Both the position numbers and the translations under genes were made by a program. A DNA stretch of 64,000 bases from an uncultured Spirochaetota bacterium (GTDB lineage Bacteria; Spirochaetota; Brevinematia; Brevinematales; JAOACQ01), in NCBI GenBank assembly GCA_963783575.1, contig CAWAOD010000004.1:1-64000 (forward strand), read 5' to 3'. Positions 39,664 through 51,339 of the stretch are shown here, piece after piece. The notes under the pieces are model-generated. The model searched no databases. It was not told where the DNA came from and was given only the letters and a program-made list of their open reading frames with translations. Within the stretch, counting starts at the first letter, position 1; the number at the start of each line of letters is the position of its first letter.

Positions 39664-39817
39664 CAATCAAAAGAAAAAGTACGAAAGCTACTTTGCCGCG
39701 GCTCTGCGGCATTAAAAATTTATTTTTGACAATTTTAATGTGCTATAATAAACTTCCGGTGTTTAGATCAATAGTCCGGAAAAAATAATAATTTATTTTT
39801 TATTAAGGAGAAAATAA

Positions 39818-40516
39818 GTGGAGAAATCGGTTTCAGATTTTGTGTTAATGAAAAATACCCTGCTTTTCGATTTGTTTCATACTTTAACCTCTTTGGAATC
39901 CGCCTGGTCCGTTGGTCCATCTACATCCGAGCTGCTTGGTGTCGGCAAAGAAGCCTGGAATGAACAGCTGCTTGAAAAATCTAAAGAAAGGCTGACCGGG
40001 CAGGAGAATGACCCTTTTATTATTATAAAGAAAATGGCGCATGCAATCAATCCTGATATTCCGGTTGATTTAATAAAAAAAGCGGCTCAAAGCAGAATAT
40101 CAAGATTCGAAGGAGCCCTGATAAATATTCCGGAAAATAATATAAATACTTTAAAAACACTTAAATCTATGAATAAAAAGATCGGTTTAATAAGTAATGC
40201 TGATGTTACCGAAAAATCCGGCTGGAAGAAATCGCCCATAGCAAAATATTTTGACAGTGTCGTATTTTCTTGCGATGCCGGCCTTGTAAAACCCGGCAGG
40301 GAAATTTTTGAATATAGTTTAAAAGAATTGAATGCAAAACCGGAAGATGCCGTTTTTATAGGAGACGGCGGATCGAATGAGCTTTACGGCGCAAAACAGG
40401 CCGGACTTTCGACAATTATGATTACCGGCATTATCAAAGAAATTTGGCCGGATAAAATAGAATCAGGAAAAAAATATGCGGATTATGTCATCGAAAATTT
40501 AGACGAATTAATATAG
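39818..40516 (+). CDS. HAD-superfamily hydrolase
   Basis: LFDLFHTL, ISN, KP, FIGDGGSNE. Confidence 0.88.
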   Translation: MEKSVSDFVLMKNTLLFDLFHTLTSLESAWSVGPSTSELLGVGKEAWNEQLLEKSKERLTGQENDPFIIIKKMAHAINPDIPVDLIKKAAQSRISRFEGALINIPENNINTLKTLKSMNKKIGLISNADVTEKSGWKKSPIAKYFDSVVFSCDAGLVKPGREIFEYSLKELNAKPEDAVFIGDGGSNELYGAKQAGLSTIMITGIIKEIWPDKIESGKKYADYVIENLDELI

Positions 40517-40578
40517 CTCTTCTATACCTTGACCATAATACCGATTTTACTTATATTAGAATTATTCGGGAGGTAAAT

Positions 40579-41478
40579 ATGGATAATTCTATGCTGGGTA
40601 AAATTTGCTTGATAACCGGTGCCAACTCCGGGATCGGGTTTGAAACCGCTTTGGGGATTGCTAACAAAGGGGCTTCAGTTGTTCTGGCATGCCGCAGTGA
40701 AGAAAAAGGGAAAGACGCGCTTGATAAGATTAAAAAAATAACAGGTAATTTATCGGTTGATATGGTGACTGTAGATCTTTCCAGCCAGAGTTCAATAAGG
40801 AAATTCGCAGGTGATTTTCAGTCAAAGTATAAAAGTTTGCATATTCTTATCAATAACGCCGGTGGTATAAACGGTAAAAAAGAATATACCGAGGACGGCT
40901 TTGAAATGACCTTTGCAATTAATTACCTTGCGCCGTATCTTCTTACAAGACTGCTTCTTCCGGTTTTAATTTCAAGCGCTCCGTCCAGGATCATCAATGT
41001 ATCCTCAGGAGCTCATTTTATGGGGCGTATCGATTTCAGCAACCTTCAGGGTGAAAAGAGTTATGGCGTTATGAACTCATATGGGAATGCAAAGCTAGCC
41101 CTGATACTCTTTACGCATGAACTGTCAAAAAGGCTTGATGGAACTGGAGTTACTGTTAACAGCCTTCATCCGGGTTTTGTCAACACAAATTTCGGAGGTT
41201 CCGAGAAAGGTTTGGTACATCTTGGAATAAACATAGCAAAATCATTTGCCATATCTCCAAAAGAAGGAGCAAAAACATCGATTTATCTGGCATCATCGCC
41301 TGAAGTTGAAAAAATTAACGGCAAATACTTTGAGAAATCTCATCTGTCCGGTTCCTCAACAGCGTCTTATAATGAAGAAACAGCAAAAAAATTATGGGAG
41401 ACCAGTGAAAAACTATTAAAACTTGAAGGTGTTTCAGTAACGGGCGGGCATTTTGAGACAATGAGGAATTCGGTGTAA
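40579..41478 (+). CDS. Short-chain dehydrogenase/reductase (retinol-DH-like)
   Basis: TGANSGIG, NNAG, YGNAK, LHPG. Confidence 0.92.
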   Translation: MDNSMLGKICLITGANSGIGFETALGIANKGASVVLACRSEEKGKDALDKIKKITGNLSVDMVTVDLSSQSSIRKFAGDFQSKYKSLHILINNAGGINGKKEYTEDGFEMTFAINYLAPYLLTRLLLPVLISSAPSRIINVSSGAHFMGRIDFSNLQGEKSYGVMNSYGNAKLALILFTHELSKRLDGTGVTVNSLHPGFVNTNFGGSEKGLVHLGINIAKSFAISPKEGAKTSIYLASSPEVEKINGKYFEKSHLSGSSTASYNEETAKKLWETSEKLLKLEGVSVTGGHFETMRNSV

Positions 41479-41485
41479 TGCAGTT

Positions 41486-42022
41486 ATGACTAATTCCAGA
41501 AAAGTTAAAATATTTATTGCATCAAGTTTAGACGGGTTTATAGCAGAGGAGGACGGCAATATAAGCTGGCTAAATACTGTTGAAAAAGAAGATGAAGATT
41601 ACGGTTATGGTGATTTTATCAAAACAATCGATATTGTAATAACCGGAAGAAAAACATATGATAAAATTATAAGTATTGATCCGGATTATAATTATTTTGG
41701 TAAGAATTGTTTTGTTCTTTCACGCGAAACAAAGGGTAAAAACGGGAATATAATATTTTATAACGACGATCCGTATAAATTGGTGGAAAAGTTAAAAAAA
41801 GAGAGCGGTAAGGATATCTATGTTGACGGCGGTTCGGAAATTATTATGGAACTCAGGAAATACAATCTGATTGATGAGTATATCATATCGATTATTCCGG
41901 TACTTTTAGGTAAGGGCGTAAAGCTGTTTGCGGACGCTGGCTTTATTGAGAATTTGATATTCGGGTATGTTAAAAGTTATTCATCCGGGTTGGTTCAAAT
42001 AAAATATATTGTAAATAAATAG
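41486..42022 (+). CDS. RibD-C/DHFR-like protein
   Basis: IASSLDGFIA, GRKTY, LIDEYIISIIPVLLGKG. Confidence 0.9.
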   Translation: MTNSRKVKIFIASSLDGFIAEEDGNISWLNTVEKEDEDYGYGDFIKTIDIVITGRKTYDKIISIDPDYNYFGKNCFVLSRETKGKNGNIIFYNDDPYKLVEKLKKESGKDIYVDGGSEIIMELRKYNLIDEYIISIIPVLLGKGVKLFADAGFIENLIFGYVKSYSSGLVQIKYIVNK

Positions 42023-42031
42023 GGAGTTTAT

Positions 42032-42727
42032 ATGAACGGTTACCGGCTGTTCCTGGAATCAGGACCCAGGCATAAAACAACAATGGTTCATGTTACATCA
42101 CTACTAGGCTGTATTTCAAAAGGACCGACAACAGAGATCGCTGTTGAAAAAACAAAACCTGCAATAAAAATATTTGCCGATTTCTTTAATAAAAACGGTG
42201 AAAATATCGAATTTGATGAGAATGGTAAAATGGAAATTATTGAGCATATCACCGAAGGGTATTTCCTGGGCCAGGGAAGCCCTTCCGTAGTTTTCAGTTC
42301 GGATTATGATGATCTTAATAAAAGCGAGCTTGATAACTATTTAAAAAGGTTAAATATCATAAAATTAAGTATTGCTGAATATATAAGGGAAAAAACTGAG
42401 GAAGAACTGTATGCCAGATTGTCCGAGAATTCAAGGTCAATCCATGAAATTTTGATGCATATGACGGCAAGCGAACTGAATTATTTAAACGGATTTTATT
42501 CAAAAACCCGGATTGTGGATGAGGCAATGGAAAATATGAAAAAAAGAGCTGGAAACATAACGGGACATTTTTTAAAAATAGATTATGAAATTGAAAAATA
42601 TATAAAAGACAATTATGATGAAAAAAATAAATATCTTATTAAGCGCGGCCATGAAGAATGGACACTTAGAAAAATCATAAGGAGAATGCTTGAACATGGC
42701 GGGAACATCTTATGGAAATATCAATAA
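42032..42727 (+). CDS. HicB-like N-terminus fused to a DinB-like four-helix domain; possible frameshift near the 3' end
   Basis: LLGCISKG; SIHEILMHM; WTLRKIIRRMLEH, with REHL continuing in another frame. Confidence 0.55.
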   Translation: MNGYRLFLESGPRHKTTMVHVTSLLGCISKGPTTEIAVEKTKPAIKIFADFFNKNGENIEFDENGKMEIIEHITEGYFLGQGSPSVVFSSDYDDLNKSELDNYLKRLNIIKLSIAEYIREKTEEELYARLSENSRSIHEILMHMTASELNYLNGFYSKTRIVDEAMENMKKRAGNITGHFLKIDYEIEKYIKDNYDEKNKYLIKRGHEEWTLRKIIRRMLEHGGNILWKYQ

Positions 42728-42755
42728 AAACAGGCAGGCCGATCATGAATGAATT

Positions 42756-42870
42756 TACAGATCTGTACAGATAAAATCGTACAGATAAAATCGTACAGAT
42801 AATATCTGTTGATGAAATCAAGCTTTTTTATCAATAAAAACAATCTGTATTGTTATAATAAAACAATCTG
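42756..42870. repeat. 14-bp tandem repeat (three copies) and ACAGAT/ATCTGT boxes upstream of aspC
   Basis: gtacagataaWatc at 42765, 42779, 42793; aaaacaatctgt twice. Confidence 0.7.
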
Positions 42871-42954
42871 TTTCAAAGTTTTGACAATGATGATTATTGC
42901 CTTTAAAATAATAATCCGGTAAGTATAATATTCCCGGTTTTCACAGAGGTAATT

Positions 42955-44142
42955 ATGATTGAATTTGCAAACAGGGTAAAAAAACTTGAAGCATCCGCAA
43001 CTCTTACTATAGCTGCGAAAGCGAAAGAAATGATAAAAAATGGAATTGACGTCATTTCACTTGCCGCGGGAGAACCTGATTGGGATCCGCCCTATGAAGC
43101 CAAGGAAGCTTCCATGACTGCCGTTAGAGACGGCAACGGACATTATACCGAAAATTCGGGAATGCCGGAACTCAAAAAACTGGTTGCCCAAAAACTTTCT
43201 ACTGAAAATAACCTGGAGCTCAATGAAAAGAATATTATTATTACCGATGGGGCGAAGTTCGGCATATATTTGACTCTGCAGGCTCTTATCAATGAAGGAG
43301 ATGAGGTCATTGTCATATCGCCCTACTGGGTTAGCTATGTTGAGCAGATCAAACTTGCGGGCGGTATTCCAAGAATTATCAACGCTACTGAAGATGAAGG
43401 ATTTAAAATTGATACGGAAGACCTTGAAAGGCATATTACATCAAGGGTCAGGGGAATAATTTTGAACTATCCCTCCAATCCGACCGGGGTATTGTATTCT
43501 GAGGAAGAACTCAGATTTATCGGCGAGTTAGCCGTAAAGAAAGATATTTTTATAATAAGCGATGAAATTTATGAATATTTTAACTACACGGGAAAGCATG
43601 TCTCTATTGCTTCATTATCTCCAAAGATTTTTAACAATATTATTACAATAAACGGGTTTTCAAAAGCATATTCGATTCCCGGCTGGAGGGTCGGCTATGC
43701 TGCCGCCAGGGAAGATTTAATAAAAAAACTCGATGAAATTCAGAGTCATTCAACATCAAACCCTAACAATATTGCGCAGCTTGCTTGCATTGCTTGTTTG
43801 AAGGAATCAGGGAATTACACCGCCAAGATGGTCTCTGAATTTAAAGAAAGAAGGGATTACATTGTCAATGCCCTGAACTCGATTCATGGATTCAGATGCC
43901 AGAATCCAGACGGGGCATTTTATGTTTTTCCCAATATTCAATACTACCTGGCAAAAGAAGTCGGGGGCCAGGTTCCGACAAACTCAATAGAATTTTCAAG
44001 GATTCTACTGGAGAAGGCTCATATTTCCGTGGTTCCCGGAAGCGCTTTCGGCCTTGAAGGTTATATCAGGCTTTCGTTTACCCAACCCGTGAGCAGGCTG
44101 CAGGAAGCCGTCAAAAGAATATTATCGATTCTTGATAAATAA
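42955..44142 (+). CDS. aspC: Aspartate (class I/II PLP) aminotransferase
   Basis: AGEPD, NYPSNPTG, SDEIY, GFSKAYSIPGWRVG. Confidence 0.9.
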   Translation: MIEFANRVKKLEASATLTIAAKAKEMIKNGIDVISLAAGEPDWDPPYEAKEASMTAVRDGNGHYTENSGMPELKKLVAQKLSTENNLELNEKNIIITDGAKFGIYLTLQALINEGDEVIVISPYWVSYVEQIKLAGGIPRIINATEDEGFKIDTEDLERHITSRVRGIILNYPSNPTGVLYSEEELRFIGELAVKKDIFIISDEIYEYFNYTGKHVSIASLSPKIFNNIITINGFSKAYSIPGWRVGYAAAREDLIKKLDEIQSHSTSNPNNIAQLACIACLKESGNYTAKMVSEFKERRDYIVNALNSIHGFRCQNPDGAFYVFPNIQYYLAKEVGGQVPTNSIEFSRILLEKAHISVVPGSAFGLEGYIRLSFTQPVSRLQEAVKRILSILDK

Positions 44143-44165
44143 TCTTTAAGAGAGGTTAATAATTT

Positions 44166-44675
44166 ATGACTAAAGAAGTCTGCGGTTTTGAAATCGGTTT
44201 TTTAAAACAGATAAAAGATCTTTTGATAGCCACAAAGATTGAGGAATTGGAGATAGAAGAAGGTCAGAACCGCTATATAAGGGTTTCCAGAAAAAAATCT
44301 AGGGATAGCAATGCGCAGCAGCCCTACCTTCAGTCTGCTCAGGCGGCAATACCTTTAATGAATCCTCCTTCCAACCAGCCTGTTCAAATAATCACCCCGG
44401 CAAAGCAGGTAAATCCTTATGATGATGAAAAAAAGTTTTTCAGAATCAAATCACCTGTTATCGGGACTTTTTACGGCACTCCCTCACCGGAATCGCCGCC
44501 ATATGTGAAAGTCGGAGATGTTGTATCTGAAGATACCACAGTCTGCATTGTCGAGGCAATGAAAGTTATGAATGAGATAAAAGCTGACATTAAAGGCAGG
44601 ATTGTTGAGATTCTCAAATCAAACGGAAACCCTGTCCAGACAAAAGATCCCCTGTTTATCGTAGAAATAATTTAG
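44166..44675 (+). CDS. accB: Biotin carboxyl carrier protein
   Basis: [17 protein letters not shown]. Confidence 0.9.
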   Translation: MTKEVCGFEIGFLKQIKDLLIATKIEELEIEEGQNRYIRVSRKKSRDSNAQQPYLQSAQAAIPLMNPPSNQPVQIITPAKQVNPYDDEKKFFRIKSPVIGTFYGTPSPESPPYVKVGDVVSEDTTVCIVEAMKVMNEIKADIKGRIVEILKSNGNPVQTKDPLFIVEII

Positions 44676-44945
44676 AAAATCCATTGAATGCAATGCTTGA
44701 TATTTCCGGAATTGCAAATCTAATCAGTGTCTTGATTTCTAAATTAACTTATTGTAAAAATACTAAAAATCAATTTATTAATTATTGATTTTTTTGTATT
44801 TTTACCTGAGGTTAATTATAATTTCTCCTACCGTGACCGAAAAACAATTATTTCTCCAGCCGATAATTCTATTAATCAATTTTCTATGATGAGTAATTAA
44901 TTAAATTCTTGATTTGTAAGATTTCTATTTACAAAAGGAGATTTT

Positions 44946-47900
44946 ATGAAAAATGAAAAAAAAAGAATACCCTTTGAATTAGCTTTAATCATCAATATCA
45001 TATTAATTATACCGGTAATTTTATCTATTTTTAGAAGGGAAAGGTCCATTCAGGAAACGCTATGGCAAATCATTATCCTGCTGTTAGCCGGCGCTGCTTG
45101 GACTATTCTTGCGATGATATTCAGCAAGCTGATCACTATAAAATGGGGAAATTTCCTGAAAGGATGGGTTTTATTTCAAATTTTCACCATTATTTGCGAA
45201 TATATTTTATTGGGTAATTATATCATTGCCGTATTTATTGTATTTTCAATTCTAACCGTTGCCGGAATAATAATATTTATATTATTTGATAAACTCTGGG
45301 ATCTGTCTTTCGATTTTACCTTTATTAAATTTGCTTATACAAGCCTGGTAAAAATAAGCGGCTTTTTCCGGAGAAAAAAAGATATAAAACTTTTAAAAAT
45401 CCCATATTTTCTTATGATCATCATTTCCCTGGCGCTGATCATTTCCGACCTTGTTTTTCATTACATGCATGACAGGGTTATTTTGCAAACATTCTTTCTG
45501 TTATTATTGTTGATTGTTGCCGGTGCGGCATGCACACTGGCCGCTATGACAGCCAGCCGCCTAATCACAAACAGGTGGGGCAACTTGTTAAAAGGATGGC
45601 CGGTATTTCAAATCCTTACCGGCATTTATTTTTATCTTGTTTTAATTAACGATAATTTTCTGAGAACAATATTTTTTATTATTCTGTTCATCCTCGGCCT
45701 TTTTCTTTTTATCCAGTACGGCAGTCTATGGAGATACGGTTTTGATAAAACCATACTGGAAACAATAAAACAAGAGACTTTCCAACCAGTATTTACAGCC
45801 GAGAAAAATGCCGGTATTAAGTCCATTAATATTTTTGATACAATCATAAATGGAATCGGGAATATTTTAAGGCTGAAACAATGGAAAATCATCCTGCCGG
45901 GACTTGCCGTTATAATTATTCTGGCGGGCGGAGCATGGATGTTTTTTAAAATATTCACTGTTAACGTAATTAGCTATACACCGAAGAATACGGTACCTTT
46001 AAAAACAGAGATCAGGATCAATTTATCGGAAGAAGTATTCGTGTCCGGCAAAGCGGCTGAGGAATTAATTAAGGAAAATTTAACGGAATATTCTAATGTT
46101 GGAATTATCTCAAATATTATTTTTATTAAACCTGAAACCGGGATTATCAGGACTGAACCGGATGTCAAAGGTTCCTGTCGGCTTGAAGACAGCCGGACAC
46201 TTATTTTTACGCCTGAAGAAGAACTCAACCCGTCTTCAAAATATACCGTCTTTTTTAATCCTCAATGGCTATTTAAAAAAGGTAAGGTGATACTTGGCAA
46301 AAGTTATTCTTTTAATACTCCAAAATTTGAAATAACCGGTATCCGTATGTTTTTTAATTATGATTCCATAAATAATCTGGAAAAGGAAATAGTCGGGGAA
46401 ATCAATTTTAATGCACCAGTAAACATAGAAGAACTAAGAAAAAATACCACTCTGGATATTAATGAGAAGCCCTTCAAATTTAATATTGAGTCGGCTAATA
46501 TCCCGACCCGCTTCTATATTAAATCCGATAAACTGGAAAGACAGAAAACAGCGGTGAATATCCACTTGTCAATTAATAAAAATCTTCAGTGCATTCATGG
46601 CGGTCAGCCCCTTGGTAAAAAAATTGAGCAAACGATCACCCTCGCAGAAAAAGAGAAATTAAAAGTCATAGATGCCAAAACATGGCCTGTATCCGGAAAT
46701 ACTTATATTGCTCTACTATTTAATCAGCCGGTATCTGCCGAACAAATAAAAAAACATGTTTCTATACATCCTGAAACGAATGAAAGCGTACCCTATTCGG
46801 TAGAAACCGAATACTGTTATGCAGTATTTAAGGCAGAATTTTTGCCTAACAAAAAATATAAGATAAATGTGGAGAAAGAAATACTTTCAGCCGGTGGGGC
46901 GGAAATGAAAGAGGATTTTAACTACAATGTTTTTATAAAAGACATATACCCTGATGTCGGATTCAGTTCGGAAGGAAATATCTTGGCGGTTAACGGTAAT
47001 ATGGATCTTGAATTCAGCACAATCAACCTGGACCGGTTTCGTGTCAGGGTTGATAAAATATACCGGAACAATCTGGTTTATTATCTTCATAAAACTCATG
47101 GCTTTGAATTTGTCAAACCATTAATGCTAAAGACATTTGAGGTTGAAGGCGGAACTCTGAATGAAAGGGCGCAGCATTATATTAATTTAAAAAAATTCCA
47201 TAATATTGAGTATAAAGGGCTTTATAAAATCACTTTATCCGATCCGAAATCCGGGGAAGTATATTATGATGAGGATGAAAATAACGTTAATAGATATACT
47301 AAATCAAAAACAATATTATGCACGGATCTTGGAATTATTGCCAAACAATCCGGGAAAGATCTATATGTTCAAATATATTCTATTTTACAGCTCGAACCCG
47401 TTGCTGATGTGACAGTCAATCTGGTCAGCTCCGACAACCAGGTTATCAGATCAAAAAAAACAGACAATACAGGGAAAATTGTTTTTGAGAACTGGCAGGA
47501 AGAAGGCAATGAAAAATTTCATCCGTTTATCTTATTAGCTGAAAAAGGGGAAGATTTATCATACCTTCAGTTTTCAAGGTCGATGAAAGATCAGTCCAGG
47601 TTTGATACCGGCGGAAAAATGCTTTCAAGGAATGAAATGCAGGCATATTTGACACCGGATAGGGGTGTTTACAGGCCCGGTGAAAAGGCAAACATCACGG
47701 CAATAGTAAGGAACGGCAATTTATCCCTGCCGGCTTCCGTTGATGTAAATCTTGAAGTCAATGATCCGACAGGCCTGAAATTTACTTCTTACCGGAAAAC
47801 AATACCGGGTAATGGATTGATTTCTTTTGATATTAATTTTCCTTCTTATGCAAAAACAGGTGAATATGAGGCAGTTTTAAAAATTGGGGACAGTATTACT

Positions 47901-50900
47901 CTGGGACAGACATCTCTTAAGGTCGAGGAATTTATCCCGGATAAAATAACAACTGACATTAAAGCGCAGGAAAAACATACTAACGCGAATTTGCCTCTGG
48001 TATTCCAGGTTAAAGGAATCCAGCTTTTCGGACCACCAGCCTCCGGAAACAGGGTCAGAACACAAGTAAAATTTATTCCGCGTGAATTTTCCCATCCTTC
48101 ATTTGAAGGTTATAACTTTACCGATATCGATAGAAAATATGAGCAGGAAATCTTTGATCTGGGAGAAGACAAACTGGATGATCAGGGGACAAAAGAATAC
48201 AGCCTGGATATTCCCAAGTCAATACTGCCTCCGTCAGCTCTCTATGCGCAGATTTATGCAGAAGTATATGATGAAGGCGGCAGGCCTGTTAATACTATGA
48301 AGACCGTATCCATAGACCCTTACCCGGTTTATTTTGGAATTAAAGCAAATAAGCAGGATATATATTATGTGAATGAACCGATAGATTTATCTCTTGTAGC
48401 AATTGATTCTCAGGGTATATTTCAGAAAAAGGAAGGAGTAAATTTCTTTGTCAAGCACAGGGTTTATTACTCGATTCTGAGGAAATATGGACAAAAATTC
48501 AGTTATGACAGCCAGCCTTATGAAGAGCCCTTCATACAGACAAATTTAAACATAAATAAGGAAACCAACTACCGGTTCATACCAAAAGCGCCTGGGTATT
48601 ATTATGTCTATTTCGGTGACAATGAAGCTATGCGCTCATCTATTGCAGTTTATGTGCAGGGCCCGGGTATGGAAACCGTCGATCAAACGATACCGGAAAA
48701 TCTAAGTATATCAATGAATAAAGAAAAGTATGACGCGGGCGATACCGCTTCGGCAACAATCCGGTCCACGATCCCCGGAAAGCTGTTCTTTTATGTCGAG
48801 CGTGAAAAGGTATTATATTCCAGAACAGTGGATTTGGTTGATAATAAGGCAACCATTACTTTCCCTATCCAGGCAGACTATATACCAAATGCATATATAA
48901 GCGCCTATGTTATCCGCAAACCGGATGAAAAATTAAAAGAGTTGCCGATGAGCGCTTTAGGTATAAAAACCCTTACTGTGAATCCCGGAAATAAAAACAT
49001 GCCCCTGGAGATTGAATCTCAGGATCAAACCCGGTCCGACAAGGGACTGGACATAAAGTTAAAACTTCAAACTGCTTCCTCAGGATGCGGTGTGGTTGTC
49101 GCGGCTGTTGATGAAGGGATTCTGCAAATTACACAGTTTAAAACCCCGGATCCTTTCAATTTCTTTTATACTAAAAGAGTCTCTGGAAACACATTTATAC
49201 TCCATATTTGATTCAATTCTTCCGGATATAAAAGCTGTAAAAGAAGCAATCGGAGGCGATGAGGGGGATTATGACCTGTCCAGGAGGCATATAAATCCTG
49301 AAGCCGCTAAGCGTGTCAAATCCGTAGCTTTATATTCCGGCATTTTAAAACCTGATAAAAATGGAATAGTTAGCTATCATTTTGATATTCCTCAATTTAA
49401 CGGGAAACTCCGTTTAATGGCCATCTCGACAGATGGGGACAGGTTCGGATCGGCATCAAAATATGTCATAGTTTCAGATCCGATAATATTGAGTTATTCA
49501 TTACCCAGAATTATGGCGCCGAATGATTCCATAGAGCTTCCGGTTAAAGTCTTCAACCAGGTAGGGGTGAAAGCAAAAATTAGCGTAAAACTCAGCCTGG
49601 AAGGTCCTGTTAGGATTAAGGGAAATCGGGTTCAGGAGGTTCTTTTACCGCAAAAAGGTCAGCAGGAATTGATTTATTATATTACAGCCTTGAGCAATAT
49701 AGGAAAAGCCGTGTTCCGGTTTGATGCCGAAGGCGGTAATGAAACCGCCAGCAGTAGTGCTGAATTGGCGGTAAGGCCGGCCAGAACTATTGAGACACTT
49801 TATAAATATGGAGAAATTGCGCCCTACCAGGAGAAAAAATTTTCAATTCCCGAAGGATACCTGCCAACCGGGCAAAAACTGAGATTATCCGCTTCTCCGC
49901 GGGAAATAGTCCGTTTTCTCGGCGCAATGGAATATCTCATTCATTATCCTTATGGATGTTCCGAACAGACTGCGTCATCGGCATTCCCACTTTTATATTT
50001 CCAGGATCTGGCCGATATGACCGGTTACTTTAATAAGCAATCTGTGACTACAGGATATTATATTCAGGAAGCGATAAAAAAACTGGAGGATATGGCTCTG
50101 CCTAACGGTGAGTTTTCAATATGGCCGGGCGGTAATGATTATTTTCATTATAATTCTCTTTATGTTTCCCACTTTCTTCTGGAAGCCTCCCGAATGGGTT
50201 TTGAAGTAAATCCGGGAGTTATATCGGCTTGTAAAAAATTGATCGGTTTGAATGCTCCGGAAAATAGAGCCAGATTGGATAGACGCAATATGAATGAAAC
50301 CGAATCAATAGGAAATGATCCTTATATACTTTATCTTCGCGCTTTAATAGGAGAACCGGATCGGGAGAGTATGGATTATCTCAGGTTAAACAAACTCAAT
50401 GAATTGAACTATGTTGACAGATGCCGCCTTGCTTCCTCTTATGCTCTTTCCGGCGACAAAAATAATGCTCTTTCTGTTCTGCCGTCCTCTTATCTTCTTA
50501 AATATTTTCCCCGATCTACAGGCGGGGATTATGATTCCATCGTCAAACGGTTATCTATTTATCTTATGGCAATATGCGATATAAACCCGGATGATCCCAG
50601 GAAAATGGAACTAGCCATCGAAATCGAGAAAAATGTGAATAACGGTTATTTCGGTACAACTCATGATAATGTACTTGCTCTTATAGCGCTTTCAAGAGCT
50701 CTTGAAAAGAGCAACAGCCGGGACATCAATGCCGGTTTATTTTTGAACAATACACCGCTAATTGATATAAATCCCGGGCAAAATGTTTTTGAAGCGACAA
50801 ATTTATCGGGAAAAACATTAAGCCTGACAAACCGGTCCGGTAATTCATTATTTTACAATTTATATACTGAAGGAATACCGCGGGAAGTATTTGTTAAACC

Positions 50901-51339
50901 TCAAAATCAGGGCCTGGAAATTAAAAGGCAGTATCTTGATAAAACAGGAAAACCGCTTAATTTGACCGGGGTAGTACAGGGCGAACTTGCGGTCGTTACT
51001 ATAACTGTTAAAACTATTAAGCCTCTGGATAATCTGGTAATAGTGGACCTGCTGCCGGCCGGTTTTGAAATAGAAAATCCCCGTCTGAATTCACGCGGGC
51101 AGCTGAATTGGACCCCTCCATATAATTGGAAGGGCGCTTATGAGGACATCCGGGATGACAGATTGCTCCTCTTTACCGGCGCTTTAAACGGCGAATATTC
51201 TTATTCTTATACCGTCAGGGCCGTTACTCCCGGTGAATATATTATTCCACAGGTATACGCGGAGGCAATGTATGATCCTGAAGTATTTGCCGTTGGAGAA
51301 AAACAAGGAAAACTGAATGTTGTCAGGAATAGCCGGTAA
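44946..51339 (+). CDS. Bacterial alpha-2-macroglobulin with polytopic N-terminus; one frameshift near 49175
   Basis: DRGVYRPGE, VEEF, AAVDEGIL, thioester YPYGCSEQ, AEAMY; adjacent to pbpC. Confidence 0.88.

Larger units (their letters stand above)
37752..39700. repeat. Palindromic intergenic element (GGA hairpins plus a 15-bp stem) split by IS1182
   Basis: tcacggcAGGAtgccgtga, gccAGGGAtggc, and gtactttttcttttg/caaaagaaaaagtac either side of the IS. Confidence 0.65.
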
